From an uncultured Nitrospiraceae bacterium (GTDB taxonomy: Bacteria > Nitrospirota > Thermodesulfovibrionia > UBA6902), in the NCBI GenBank assembly GCA_964393845.1, contig CAYMUX010000002.1, positions 4,741-65,745 on the forward strand: a stretch of 61,005 nt of DNA, given 5' to 3'. Made by a program: the position numbers and the translations under genes. How positions within the stretch are numbered: the stretch's first letter is position 1; each line of letters starts with the position of its first letter. The notes under the pieces were generated by a model, which searched no databases, was not told the DNA's origin, and saw only the letters and a list, made by a program, of their open reading frames with translations. Shown piece after piece: positions 28,945 to 39,573 of this stretch.

Positions 28945-30219
28945 TTACATCTTATGACACTGAATACATAGCGCCCTCTTTCTGTCATGAGTAAGCAGAT
29001 AGTCAGCATTGGCTGAATGCATGCTATGACATGAATTACAGGTCAATGTCCGGCCATTTCGAGGATCTTTGACATCAGCCCCAAGCGGATGGGTAATCTT
29101 ATGTTGAGACGCATGACATCTGGCGCAAAGCGGAATTTCATCTGCCCTGTAATTAAGCGGCCGGGAAGAATGCGCCGGGATATGACATTCAAAACATTTT
29201 CTGTTTTTAATCGGCTCGCAATTTATTGACTTTAAAGAACGTTCCATCGCAGCTGTCCTTCTTTCAGTGCTCTCATGACACTTAATGCAAAGGTTTGATT
29301 CCTTCTTTGTTAAATTCTTTTGACTCGACGCATGATGATCATGACACACAGTGCAAGGATTTTTAGCATCCCTAACATGAACATCGTTATCTACGTATTC
29401 ATATTTTGACGTACTTCTTTTATGGCAGTTGAAACATAAATCCGCACCTTTTATCTTGGTGGTTATGTCCCGTTGTGATTTGATGGGATTATGGCATTCT
29501 TCACAATTCTTATCCAGAAAGACCTTATGACCGAAGGGGCCGAGAAGACCTTTGTCAAATGAACTGTGACCGGAATGACATGTAGTGCAATCTATGTCTG
29601 CCACTACAGAAGCGATCGAAACATTTCCAACCTTACATTTAGGCCCGTGGCATTTTTTACATAGCTCCTTCGGCGGAGAAATCAGCAGATTGTCTACAGG
29701 AGAGGCATGTGCATTGTGACAGGATGAACACTCCCCTTCTTTAAAAGGACGACATATATACGGTTTCTTAAACTGGACGTTTAAATCTTCATGACAATTC
29801 AGGCAGAGGCTCTTTTCTTCTTTTAACAGCAGATACTTGTTTTCTCCGCTGTGAGGAAAATGGCATTTCGTACAATTATTTCCCCTGAGAGCGCCATGGA
29901 CTATGGTATTTTCAATAAGTTTTCTAATGTCATCATGGCATCCTTTGCAGATAGAATCAACTTCATCAATCATCAGGCCTTTTATTTTACTTACATGAGA
30001 ATTATGACAGGTGATACACTTACCTTCCTTAAACAGAAAATGGACATACTGATTTTTTAATCCCTTTTCCAGTTCTTTATGACATCCAAAACAAAGGGCA
30101 GGCACCTTAGTCTTTAAACCAACCTGTGCAAATGCAGTATTATCGAAGCACAAAATACTGAACACAGCTAAACATAATGAAATCAAACCGTTTCGAATTA
30201 GTATGGATAAAATATTCAT
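28945..30219 (-). CDS. 16-heme cytochrome c (paired-CxxCH repeats)
   Basis: 16 CxxCH counted; signal peptide ends AFA. Confidence 0.95.
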   Translation of the reverse strand: MNILSILIRNGLISLCLAVFSILCFDNTAFAQVGLKTKVPALCFGCHKELEKGLKNQYVHFLFKEGKCITCHNSHVSKIKGLMIDEVDSICKGCHDDIRKLIENTIVHGALRGNNCTKCHFPHSGENKYLLLKEEKSLCLNCHEDLNVQFKKPYICRPFKEGECSSCHNAHASPVDNLLISPPKELCKKCHGPKCKVGNVSIASVVADIDCTTCHSGHSSFDKGLLGPFGHKVFLDKNCEECHNPIKSQRDITTKIKGADLCFNCHKRSTSKYEYVDNDVHVRDAKNPCTVCHDHHASSQKNLTKKESNLCIKCHESTERRTAAMERSLKSINCEPIKNRKCFECHIPAHSSRPLNYRADEIPLCARCHASQHKITHPLGADVKDPRNGRTLTCNSCHSMHSANADYLLTHDRKRALCIQCHKM

Positions 30220-30259
30220 GAGTTACATCCTTTGTATTATACCTGTTGCCTTTTTTATG

Positions 30260-32227
30260 CTATACATGACATGCCTCACAGTCCCCCTTAGTAAACGGGT
30301 CATGCATTATTCCTCTAAGCATGCCGGGATCTTCCGTTACATGTGGCTCATGACAGTTTGTGCAACGGCTGATTTTATTAAGTGATTCTCTATGAACTTT
30401 TGATAATCGTTCCGTATCGACATTATGACACTGAACACATATTGCAGGGTCTTTATCATTAAGTAAATACTTTAATTCGGAATAATGCGATACATGACAG
30501 CTTAAACAGTCTCCTTTCTCCATGGAGATATGGCCTTTTCTATCTTTTGTAGTAACAATTCTTTCATGACAGGAAAGGCAAAGTTCATTCGTCCGATTTA
30601 CGAGCTGATACTTAAGTTTTGTACCATGAGGGCTATGACAGCTTGTACACTTACCTTCTTCGACAGGGAGATGATTGACACTGTTTGCCATTATGCCGGC
30701 CTTTACAGACTCATGACAGGAAAAACAAAGTTGTTTTACGGGCATAACGGTGGAAGCCTCATAATCACTCGCATGCGGATCGTGGCAGGTACCGCACTTT
30801 TTGTCCCTGAACAGCGGGTGGCTCGCTTCTTCCTCTGCTTCAAGATACATGCTGTCATGGCAGCTCATGCAGAGATTAGCCTGTGAATCCTTCAATAAAT
30901 TATCATAGGCAGATGTATGTGATGTATGACAAACATTGCATTGTCTATCACTGACAGGCTTATGTACATAAGTCTTGAAAAATTTTTCCTTCTCTTCTTT
31001 ATGACAGGTATAACACAATTCAGTCATAGGCACCCTGACCATAGCAGGATAATTGGTACCATGAGAGTCATGGCATTTCGAGCACTCAAGCTTGGAAAAG
31101 GGTTCATGCGCGTAAGATGCTTTTGCCAAATCCTCCTCATTAGCGGGATGACACGTAAAACATATTTTTTTCTCGTCCGACTTTAAATAAAATCGATTTT
31201 CAGACGCATGAGGATTATGACAGGCGATGCAGCCTTCCTCTTTGATAGGCTTATGCAAATTGCTGACATCGATTTTAGGTTTTTCAGCATGACAGCTTGT
31301 GCATAGATCATTTTTACCTTGCAGAGTAACTTTTGAAAAGTCTGAAGCATGCGGACTGTGACAGGTTAGACATTTTCCTTTATCTGTAAGAGGATGCCTG
31401 TAAGCTGTTTTATATGCTTTTTCTTCCTTCTCATGACATTTATAACAAAGCTCACCGTCAGAAGCAACAACAGCTAAAGGCTTTGAATCTGTGTTTGGAT
31501 TATGACAGGAATCACACTGCGCAAGCCTTAAAGGCTCATGAATTGATTCCCTTAGCAGTTTATCATTTGATGAGCTGTGAGATGTGTGACAGCCTGAGCA
31601 TTTGGCCTGTTCTACCGGATACCCTTTGTGAGCATTAGTAAAACGGTTTTCCTCGAATTTATGGCAAGACCTGCAAAGCGTTACTTCTTCCTCAATGAGA
31701 TTGGCCGGGTGTTGAGATCCGTGAGGTAAATGGCAGGCATCACATCCGATATCAAGCGGTTTATGGCGTTTGGCCCTCGTAAAAGGAGCTTTATCATGAC
31801 ATGTAAAACACTGCTCACTTCCAACTTGTTTCTGAAGGGATTTGTTATCCGATGCATGGGGATTATGGCACGTCAGACACTTGCCCTGTTTTATGACAGT
31901 ATGTACACTGGTCATATTCTGGACATCTGCTGCCATACCGGTATGGCAAATAAAACAAAGCTTGTCTTCTTCTCTTACTATAAAAGATTTAACGGCAAGC
32001 CTTCCATGACGAAGGTGGCATGCCTCACATTTGCGTTCGTTCATAGGAACATGGACAAACTGCTTCGTAAATTCGCTCTGCATTTCCTTATGACAATCCA
32101 TACAGGGCTTAGGCTCAAAACCTTTACGGACCTGTTTTCCAGGTGCGCACGTGACAAACAAGCTGAAACCTATCAAAAAAAGTACTGATTTAAAAATAAT
32201 ATATTTTGTTTTCAATTTCCTGCCCAT
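30260..32227 (-). CDS. 26-heme cytochrome c, probable lipoprotein
   Basis: 26 CxxCH counted with HxP..CxxCHxPH repeats; FVTC lipobox-like site. Confidence 0.95.
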   Translation of the reverse strand: MGRKLKTKYIIFKSVLFLIGFSLFVTCAPGKQVRKGFEPKPCMDCHKEMQSEFTKQFVHVPMNERKCEACHLRHGRLAVKSFIVREEDKLCFICHTGMAADVQNMTSVHTVIKQGKCLTCHNPHASDNKSLQKQVGSEQCFTCHDKAPFTRAKRHKPLDIGCDACHLPHGSQHPANLIEEEVTLCRSCHKFEENRFTNAHKGYPVEQAKCSGCHTSHSSSNDKLLRESIHEPLRLAQCDSCHNPNTDSKPLAVVASDGELCYKCHEKEEKAYKTAYRHPLTDKGKCLTCHSPHASDFSKVTLQGKNDLCTSCHAEKPKIDVSNLHKPIKEEGCIACHNPHASENRFYLKSDEKKICFTCHPANEEDLAKASYAHEPFSKLECSKCHDSHGTNYPAMVRVPMTELCYTCHKEEKEKFFKTYVHKPVSDRQCNVCHTSHTSAYDNLLKDSQANLCMSCHDSMYLEAEEEASHPLFRDKKCGTCHDPHASDYEASTVMPVKQLCFSCHESVKAGIMANSVNHLPVEEGKCTSCHSPHGTKLKYQLVNRTNELCLSCHERIVTTKDRKGHISMEKGDCLSCHVSHYSELKYLLNDKDPAICVQCHNVDTERLSKVHRESLNKISRCTNCHEPHVTEDPGMLRGIMHDPFTKGDCEACHV

Positions 32228-32246
32228 AACCTTAAATCATTAATAA

Positions 32247-33857
32247 TTATTTTTTAAAGATTTCTTCAAATTCCCGGATAGCTTCTTCATTCATTTCTAT
32301 ACGGGCCTCTTTTTTTAATTTATCGATATAATCCCTGTAGATCTCTCTAAACTTCTCTCTATATACAGATCTGAAAGCTGAATCTTTTACCTCACTGAAT
32401 TCTTTGACCTCTTTCCCGGTCTTTTCCATTAGTCTGATAATCCTGTAAACACTATCAATCTCCAGTATCGGACTCACGTCACCAGGCTCAAGGGTATCTA
32501 CAATTTTCCGTTCAGGGTCATCTAATTCATCTTTCGTTTTCCATCCGAGAATCCCGCCCTTTTCAGCAAGATAATCTGTCGATTTCGTTTTAGCCAGCCA
32601 TGAAAAACTGGCGCCGCCTTTTAAGCTGCCTAACACATGCTGCGCATCTTCAGGCGTCTTCAGTGTAATCTGCTGGATTTTGTAACTTACAGGCTTGGTA
32701 TAGGCCTCCTGATGACTCAAATAATAATCATTGACTTCTTTATTTTCAATCTTTATTTTCGGGTCTATTATATTTTTTGTAAAAATATTCTTCAGATTCT
32801 CATCCCGATACCGCCTGACCTCATCTCTAAAATCCATCTCCGCTTCGTAATTCCGATTAAGCGCTTCCTGGTCGACTATTTTCCGGTCAAGCCATCTCTT
32901 CAGAATCTTTTCTTTTGTTTTTTCGTCAGATGCCTGCAACAAGGCGGTAAAATCTCCAACAGTGAGGACCTCACCTCCCACCTCGATCAAAGGCCTTTGA
33001 TCCTTTAACCACCTCTCCCTCTCATTACTGCCTTGACTAAATGTTATAGAAGAGAGAAGTTCCCGGTTAATTTTCACGTTCGCTTTTTCATTTAGCCGGG
33101 CCAGATATTCATCACTTCGTTCCTGAATTTTCTGAGTCTTGAGAGTGCCTTCAATAGCGCTTCTCACACCATTGAGATCTTCAGGCAGCGCTTCTTGGAT
33201 GCTGATTAATTTAATGATCAAATATTTGTCGTCTATCTTTGTAATATCACTTGTTTCGCCGGGTTTCAGATTATCAAGAAGCCGCTTGATATCAGGTTTT
33301 AGAGAATTTCGCGCTAATATATGCTGGTCCCCCTCCTGTTTTGGGAAGTCTACGGGATATTTCAGACTTAATTCTTTAAAACTTTCTCCGCTTTTAAGTT
33401 TTTCCAATATCCCCTTTGCATCCTCCTCCGCACTTACTTCAACTGCATCAACAATATACCGCATATAGTTTTTCTTATAATAATCATTGATGTCTTCTTC
33501 AGTGACTATAGCCCTGTTTATAATCTCTTCATTATAAAGTCTTGATACCGACTCCCTAAGTACATATGCCCGGACTTTTCCCAGAATTTCCGGAAATGTA
33601 TCCATGCCCATACGACGGGTCTCCTGTATAATTAATCTGTCATCTATCTGCTTTTGAATATACTGAGATATATCAAGTGTTGTTGTCGTAGAGAGGTCCT
33701 CCCTGCGATGGGCTATCTGCAATGAGTATTCAATATCTTTTTTTGTTATAGGCTCACCGTCAACAAATGCCAACTCGCTTTCCTGTTTTGGAATCAATGC
33801 GCAACCCCATAAGGAAACAATAACCAGGCTTAAAGTAGTAAGTTGCAGCCTCTGCAT
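32247..33857 (-). CDS. SurA/PrsA-like foldase lipoprotein with two parvulin-type domains
   Basis: LWGC lipobox; GESFKELSLKY and GASFSWLAKTKSTD..GGILGW; GAGG RBS before MQRLQ. Confidence 0.85.
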   Translation of the reverse strand: MQRLQLTTLSLVIVSLWGCALIPKQESELAFVDGEPITKKDIEYSLQIAHRREDLSTTTTLDISQYIQKQIDDRLIIQETRRMGMDTFPEILGKVRAYVLRESVSRLYNEEIINRAIVTEEDINDYYKKNYMRYIVDAVEVSAEEDAKGILEKLKSGESFKELSLKYPVDFPKQEGDQHILARNSLKPDIKRLLDNLKPGETSDITKIDDKYLIIKLISIQEALPEDLNGVRSAIEGTLKTQKIQERSDEYLARLNEKANVKINRELLSSITFSQGSNERERWLKDQRPLIEVGGEVLTVGDFTALLQASDEKTKEKILKRWLDRKIVDQEALNRNYEAEMDFRDEVRRYRDENLKNIFTKNIIDPKIKIENKEVNDYYLSHQEAYTKPVSYKIQQITLKTPEDAQHVLGSLKGGASFSWLAKTKSTDYLAEKGGILGWKTKDELDDPERKIVDTLEPGDVSPILEIDSVYRIIRLMEKTGKEVKEFSEVKDSAFRSVYREKFREIYRDYIDKLKKEARIEMNEEAIREFEEIFKK

Positions 33858-33915
33858 ATAACCTCGTTTTTTTGTCATTGGTTATTGGTAATGTTTATTT
33901 TGACAATATGCCATA

Positions 33916-35499
33916 TTAGTTCCACAATACCGCCCCCATCTTTTTCACTAAATTTGCTACTACATCATACGCTACCCTATGGACTGCTCTGATTCTCCCC
34001 CAGTCAAGGATAACGATGTTTTCTTCACCGCTTAATTCGTGGCTATTATACCATAATATTTTACCTGTCCGTCCATCCAGGAGCCTTGCAGTAATTGCCA
34101 CCTTGGGAGGAGATGCATTGTCCAAACCATTTTCATAACTGCCAACTATCCCCACTAATATTCCGTTTGCGTTTAATGGTTCGGAAAGAGCATTTATATT
34201 GTTAAAATTCAACTCTCCCTGATTCCTGATTCTTAAGCTGATAATCAGATCCCTGATATTACCATATTCTATCGGCTCAAATCTCTGATTCTTTAACAAT
34301 TCAATTATAAACATATACATGGTTATAATTCCTGCATTCTTGTGATCGCTATTATTCAGAAACGGCATTACGGCAATTTTATATGACGGCTCTGCCTTCC
34401 TTTGAAGTCCTTCAATGCTAAAATTCGCAAACAGCATGTCTGTAACCTTGGGGATCAAGCCGAATATTGTCTGTAATTTACCTAACCCCAAAATCGTAAT
34501 AAAATCATCTCCCGTAGCCGAGGCAAACCCAGCCCAAAGGATCCTGCCGTCAGAAGAGTTGATTAACCGTGCCAATATCCCGAACCTTGGGGTTTCTTGT
34601 GTTGAAAATGAAATTATCGCACCAGCCAGGACAGTTTCTACTCCAAATTCCTCTCTTATTTTCCTGGCAAGCTCTTTTGAAACATAACCGGTAGCTCTGA
34701 CCCTTTCTTTACATAATAAAGAACTCAGATTGTCCTCATCCACGACCTCAAGCCCTCTTTCTTCCAATCGACCGATTAAAAAAGGCATGACATGCCTTAA
34801 TGCTGCCTTATCATCAGTTAAATTCTCAAACGGTAACAACGCCACCCGATTCCTGACTACTTTTACAGATCTTTTTTTTACTACAGTTTTAACCTCATTA
34901 GGAGGCATTGTTATCTCTTCCTTAGATGGTATGACCTCTATTTTTTTCCCCAATCCGGTAACAGCCTTCCCTGCAATTTCGGTAGCCGCTATTACCAAAG
35001 GAGCCTTCGTTACTCCCATATCAGGTAAAACATCTGCTTCTTTATGAATTTTTATAGGCGGTTTTTCTGAAGGAATCGCTTTCACTTTATCAACGGGTAA
35101 GGCTATCTTCTTCTCTACCGGCAAAGCCTCTATTTTATCTCCGATTTTTTTAGAGGGCTTTTCTATCGATATTGCCGCTATCGTTTCTGCAGGCATGTCT
35201 ATCCCCTCTCTGAGAGGCTGAACTTCTGCTTTTTTTTTAACTACCCCGGGAGATTCAATTGTATCCGGTTTCTCCTCTACAGGTTCTTCCACTTCCTTCT
35301 TGACAGATAAAACGATACTATCTTTTTTTATTTCCTTAATCGGCTCTATAGTCAGAACCTTCTCCATTTTTTCTAAAGATTTTTCTGCCTTATCTTCAGC
35401 GGGCCGGACCTTTGCTTTATATTTTTTACCCGCATAGATAGAAAATGTTAAAAAAATAATAAGAAGTGATAAAATGGCTATTAATTTTTTCTTCTTCAT
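33916..35499 (-). CDS. Membrane-anchored protein with a K/E/P-rich spacer and two CsgG/PelC-like domains
   Basis: RVALLPFENLT and KIAVMPFLNNS repeats, each ending ARLxxxxxGxILW. Confidence 0.75.
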   Translation of the reverse strand: MKKKKLIAILSLLIIFLTFSIYAGKKYKAKVRPAEDKAEKSLEKMEKVLTIEPIKEIKKDSIVLSVKKEVEEPVEEKPDTIESPGVVKKKAEVQPLREGIDMPAETIAAISIEKPSKKIGDKIEALPVEKKIALPVDKVKAIPSEKPPIKIHKEADVLPDMGVTKAPLVIAATEIAGKAVTGLGKKIEVIPSKEEITMPPNEVKTVVKKRSVKVVRNRVALLPFENLTDDKAALRHVMPFLIGRLEERGLEVVDEDNLSSLLCKERVRATGYVSKELARKIREEFGVETVLAGAIISFSTQETPRFGILARLINSSDGRILWAGFASATGDDFITILGLGKLQTIFGLIPKVTDMLFANFSIEGLQRKAEPSYKIAVMPFLNNSDHKNAGIITMYMFIIELLKNQRFEPIEYGNIRDLIISLRIRNQGELNFNNINALSEPLNANGILVGIVGSYENGLDNASPPKVAITARLLDGRTGKILWYNSHELSGEENIVILDWGRIRAVHRVAYDVVANLVKKMGAVLWN

Positions 35500-35639
35500 C
35501 AACTCACCCCGCCGGCACAATGCTTTTCATTTAAGTCCTTTATATATTGACAAAGAATAAGATACATATTATTAAGTAAAGAATTATCCTGACTAAATTT
35601 AACTGCTGATTAACTTATTGGTAAGCCATCCCTTTAAAG

Positions 35640-36227
35640 TTAATTTTTATGTCCGGCAAGCGTTTGTATGGACTCTCTCACCAACAATATTACCGTTTCG
35701 CTGATCGTTTCGTGGCTGGCTCCAAAATGTCTTGCAAGAAAACTTGCGCCTCCTCTTGTTTTTGTTATTGACCACACTATGGAGCTGGTGCCTGTATCTG
35801 CCATCATTAGACTAACAGTTACCTGCGGAGCCGAAATGTTTCCCATTTTGACTTCACCGTATTCTTCAACAGAACCTATGATAATCGCTTCAACATTAAG
35901 GGCCTTGCCCAAGGCGCTTATTTGCTGTTTAGAAAGAGAGGAAACAGATTTAATGTCCAATTCATTAATAACTTTCTGGACCTCTCCAGGGAATACAACA
36001 TCAATAAACCCTGATGCCAAAAACTCACTGATAACCAGCTGTCTGACAATCTGATCTGCATATTTCTCATTTGTCAGATTATCAAACGGCATCACTGCTA
36101 CTTTCTTGTAAAAACTGAAATCAATATCCTCGCTGAGATGGTAAACAGGAACACCGCTGCGACATCCAGGAATTATAACTAATGTTAAAACAATAATTAT
36201 TAAGACGTATTTTTTAAACGATCCCAT
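35640..36227 (-). CDS. CsgG/PelC-like lipoprotein
   Basis: IPGC lipobox, KVAVMPFDNLT, SIVWS..GGASFLARHFG; AAGGAG RBS. Confidence 0.8.
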   Translation of the reverse strand: MGSFKKYVLIIIVLTLVIIPGCRSGVPVYHLSEDIDFSFYKKVAVMPFDNLTNEKYADQIVRQLVISEFLASGFIDVVFPGEVQKVINELDIKSVSSLSKQQISALGKALNVEAIIIGSVEEYGEVKMGNISAPQVTVSLMMADTGTSSIVWSITKTRGGASFLARHFGASHETISETVILLVRESIQTLAGHKN

Positions 36228-36261
36228 TTTATTTCTCCTTTTACTCCTCATTAATAATCAT

Positions 36262-37185
36262 TCATTTTTCGGTAAACCGTGTCTTCTCAATAGGCGCAAT
36301 ATTTTCCCCCGCAACAGGTACAATAATTTCACCTTCAGTTTTTCGGGAGATTTCATCAGTGAACGATTCTTCTGTTTTCTCAATATGCTTTGGTTTTTCT
36401 GCAGGCTCCGCCATCCTTACCTTGATCGGCTTGCCAACCATTTTTTCTTCACTCTCCTCAGAAAGTTTTTCTGCCGGAACTTCTCTTGTTTTCTTCTTCG
36501 GTTGTTCAATTTTTCCCTCAGATAAAGCAGTCCCTTTCTCTTCTATTATTTCCGTGGAATGAGGTTTTGCATATACGGGCATCTTATTAAACAACGTATC
36601 AAAAGCTTCTTTTATAACCTGTGCAGAAGTTTTGTCCAAAGTGGTGCCTTCAGCGCCGAAATGCCTCGTCCAGAAACTCGCGCCCCCTGTTGTATGCCAT
36701 ACAGACCATGCAATGCTGCCTGTCGTTGATTCGAACAACATCAGGTGGACGGACACTTCAGGATAAGAAACAGAAATGCCTTTACTTATACCAAATCTTT
36801 CTACCGACCCGACAATGACTGCATCTACGTTTAACATTTCCCCCATATTTTTAATGTCTTCGACACGAAGGGCATCAAGGGATTTTACCTTTAGCTCCTT
36901 CAAGGTCACTACAACCTCTCCCGGTTCAATGACGTCCATGCCCCTTAAGAGGAGTTCGATAATAATTTTGCTTCGAATTATTTCATTTGCATATTTATCA
37001 GAGGTATAGTTTTCAAGAGGCAACACGGCTACCCTCTTAAAGGCGCCTATGTTAATACTTGGCCGTACATATTGTTTTAAGCTGCCGGCGCTGCAGCCTG
37101 ATAGAAATATTATTAATGAACAAAAAGCTATAAGTGATACTGACATTCTTAACCTGTATCGTCTCAAGACTGCGTACTCCCTCAT
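36262..37185 (-). CDS. CsgG/PelC-like lipoprotein with a charged C-terminal tail (start uncertain)
   Basis: LSGC lipobox, RVAVLPLENYT, GGASFWTRHFG; paralog of 35640-36227. Confidence 0.8.
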   Translation of the reverse strand: MREYAVLRRYRLRMSVSLIAFCSLIIFLSGCSAGSLKQYVRPSINIGAFKRVAVLPLENYTSDKYANEIIRSKIIIELLLRGMDVIEPGEVVVTLKELKVKSLDALRVEDIKNMGEMLNVDAVIVGSVERFGISKGISVSYPEVSVHLMLFESTTGSIAWSVWHTTGGASFWTRHFGAEGTTLDKTSAQVIKEAFDTLFNKMPVYAKPHSTEIIEEKGTALSEGKIEQPKKKTREVPAEKLSEESEEKMVGKPIKVRMAEPAEKPKHIEKTEESFTDEISRKTEGEIIVPVAGENIAPIEKTRFTEK

Positions 37186-37245
37186 TATCCCGATATAATC
37201 AATAATCATTTTAGAAAAACTCAACGTTTATTATAAGTTCCGTTT

Positions 37246-39516
37246 TCAGAATCTGCAATTGATATTTGTATTAAAATTGTAGCTCTCGGTCTTTGTATCT
37301 TGTTCTTTCTGCGCATAGCTGAATGTAAAACGAAAATCTGCAAATTTAGTAACATAATATATTGCGTATCCGCTGAATGTATCCGTTTTCACGGGTCCTG
37401 GTTCGGAATCGCTATGCTGATAGCTTGTGTTCAGCCTGACAGCCTGCACGGGAAGCCAATCTATCAGTATTCCCTCGGACGTAGTTAAATCGCCGTCAGA
37501 ATCAGATACACCCAGACTGCCGTTAATGTTTATAAATCTTCCGGGGCGGTACGTAAGTACTGCATTACCTTCTCTTGAATCAGGCGATGTATCTTCCGAT
37601 TCTGTCCAGTTAAATCCGTAACTAAGATTTCCGGATAATTTCCGGTTAAGAATAGCGTCAATAGAACCGGTTATATGACGGGATGTGGTTGTCGACTCGC
37701 TCTCAAATGATTTTGATCGCGTATATCCGAAGTCGGTGATTGAATTTACATCCCTGTATAGTTTTGTCCCGATACTTAACAACAGAGAATTACCGGTGGA
37801 GCTTATCTCATCAAAATTAAAGCTATCATTCTTTATCAGCGAAAAACCGGCATCAAGTGTAGGAAGGGGCGTGGAACTAAATGACAAATTGTAAGTATTT
37901 GAGCTCACATCAGTTTCTTCCATATTGTCAAAGGACTCACTTCGTTGAACGCGCAATGTGGTAGTAAGGAGCCTGTGTGTCATCCATGCGGAAGATGCTC
38001 CGTAATTTCTCGTGACATTACTCCTGAAATCCGCTTTTTCACCTGCTATTGAATCACTGAACATGTTTTTGATAATGCCTTCAAAAGATTTATCGAGTGA
38101 TTCCGGATTCTGGTCCGCCTTGTCTAAAGAGTACTGAAGTGAAAGGGTCAGTTTTTTCAGAGCTCTTATATTAACGTTTAAATTCAGTCCCTGGTTAAAT
38201 GTTGTCGTAACACTGGTAAGAGTGTCCTCATCCGCAAATTCAGTCCCATAAGCCTCTATTTCGGTCACGAATACATTAGTCAATCCAGGTGCATTGACTG
38301 CCAGCAAATTAACTGCTTTAAAATAGGATGCGTTATGCGGAGTAGAAAAAACTATCTCGTAACGATATGTGTTATTCAGAATATCAGGTCTTACTGTCAC
38401 ACTTTGAATATCAGAAGTGATTTCTGTCCATGTTGTTGAAGGTAAATTGGAATTGCTTTCGAACAATTTCCAATTAGCTGGTAACGATAGATTTGTGTCG
38501 CCGCTAACGTTTTCACTTACAAAAATATACAACCTGTCCACAGAATTGACAGACGATACCCCGATACCAATATTATGATCCGTTCCTGTCCCGATATTTA
38601 TAGTATTAATTACACTTGCAGCATCAGCCTGGCCGTCAGTCAGCTTAGTCTCTGAACTTAAAGCGCCGCTGTCAGGAGTTGTATCAACCACATGCAGTCC
38701 TCCCCCGATCGGCAGCCGTTTAATCAGTACAGTCCCTGTATCAAAAACAAACTGCTCTGTCTTATTCCTTGAATATATCCCCTGATAATTCATAAAATAG
38801 TCTGCTCTATTACCCCAGAGTTTGTCAGCATATCCAATGTTATAGTTGCTGTTAAAATTATCATTTATAGTCTTGCTTATCATTGAATCTAAAGGTATTC
38901 TGTTTGTAATACTGGAATAATTGACACTATATCGAAATTTCAGATCCTCTGACGGAAGGACATATGAAGATCCCACGGAATACTTCATATTGTTGTTGTC
39001 AACCGTCCTGTCATCAAGATGGTTATAATTCTTTTGCCTGTCAAATTGCAAATTCAAAGTAGGGAATGCCTGAGGGCTCACATTAAAGCGGGAATAGAAA
39101 AATTCAGTGGTTGCTCTGCTTTCATTATCCAAATGTGCTGTTGTCCACTGTTCCTGAATGCGGTAGCCGGCGCTCATGTTATACACGGGGTTGCCAAAAT
39201 TTAAATCAAACGCCGGTTCCATAGATCGACGGTAAGAAGTTGAAGCCTCACCGTTTGTATCAGTCAAATCAGTGTCGCTGTAATTTGTCCTTAAATTAAT
39301 TTGATAACTAAGCATCGGCGTAATCGAATTATGAAAATTCAGATAAAGGTTACGATTAAATGTATCTGTTTCCGATGTCCTTTCACCGTCTTCATAATCT
39401 TTTGAAGAACTATGAGATATATCAAACCATCCGTTGAGTCCTTGTGCAAACGCAGAGGATCCGCTCAACAGTAGCACAATTATTAAGGCCGCAATTTTCC
39501 ATCCCATTTTCCTCAT
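37246..39516 (-). CDS. Large outer-membrane beta-barrel protein with an inserted beta-sandwich-like domain
   Basis: Signal peptide ends AFA; many amphipathic strands; C-terminal YNFNTNINCRF. Confidence 0.8.
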   Translation of the reverse strand: MRKMGWKIAALIIVLLLSGSSAFAQGLNGWFDISHSSSKDYEDGERTSETDTFNRNLYLNFHNSITPMLSYQINLRTNYSDTDLTDTNGEASTSYRRSMEPAFDLNFGNPVYNMSAGYRIQEQWTTAHLDNESRATTEFFYSRFNVSPQAFPTLNLQFDRQKNYNHLDDRTVDNNNMKYSVGSSYVLPSEDLKFRYSVNYSSITNRIPLDSMISKTINDNFNSNYNIGYADKLWGNRADYFMNYQGIYSRNKTEQFVFDTGTVLIKRLPIGGGLHVVDTTPDSGALSSETKLTDGQADAASVINTINIGTGTDHNIGIGVSSVNSVDRLYIFVSENVSGDTNLSLPANWKLFESNSNLPSTTWTEITSDIQSVTVRPDILNNTYRYEIVFSTPHNASYFKAVNLLAVNAPGLTNVFVTEIEAYGTEFADEDTLTSVTTTFNQGLNLNVNIRALKKLTLSLQYSLDKADQNPESLDKSFEGIIKNMFSDSIAGEKADFRSNVTRNYGASSAWMTHRLLTTTLRVQRSESFDNMEETDVSSNTYNLSFSSTPLPTLDAGFSLIKNDSFNFDEISSTGNSLLLSIGTKLYRDVNSITDFGYTRSKSFESESTTTSRHITGSIDAILNRKLSGNLSYGFNWTESEDTSPDSREGNAVLTYRPGRFININGSLGVSDSDGDLTTSEGILIDWLPVQAVRLNTSYQHSDSEPGPVKTDTFSGYAIYYVTKFADFRFTFSYAQKEQDTKTESYNFNTNINCRF

Positions 39517-39526
39517 AATTAGTCAT

Positions 39527-39565
39527 TGTCACCGGTCATTAGTCTGTGACCAATGACCGGTGACA
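39527..39565. repeat. 18-bp-stem hairpin upstream of the beta-barrel gene
   Basis: TGTCACCGGTCATTAGTC-TGT-GACCAATGACCGGTGACA; the one mismatch is a G-U pair on the coding strand. Confidence 0.75.
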
Positions 39566-39573
39566 TCCCCCTG

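Noticed and set aside
29851-32188. Met/Thr-rich plus-strand ORFs over the multiheme genes
   Set aside because: Produced by the reverse complement of repeated TGTCAT (Cys-His) codons.
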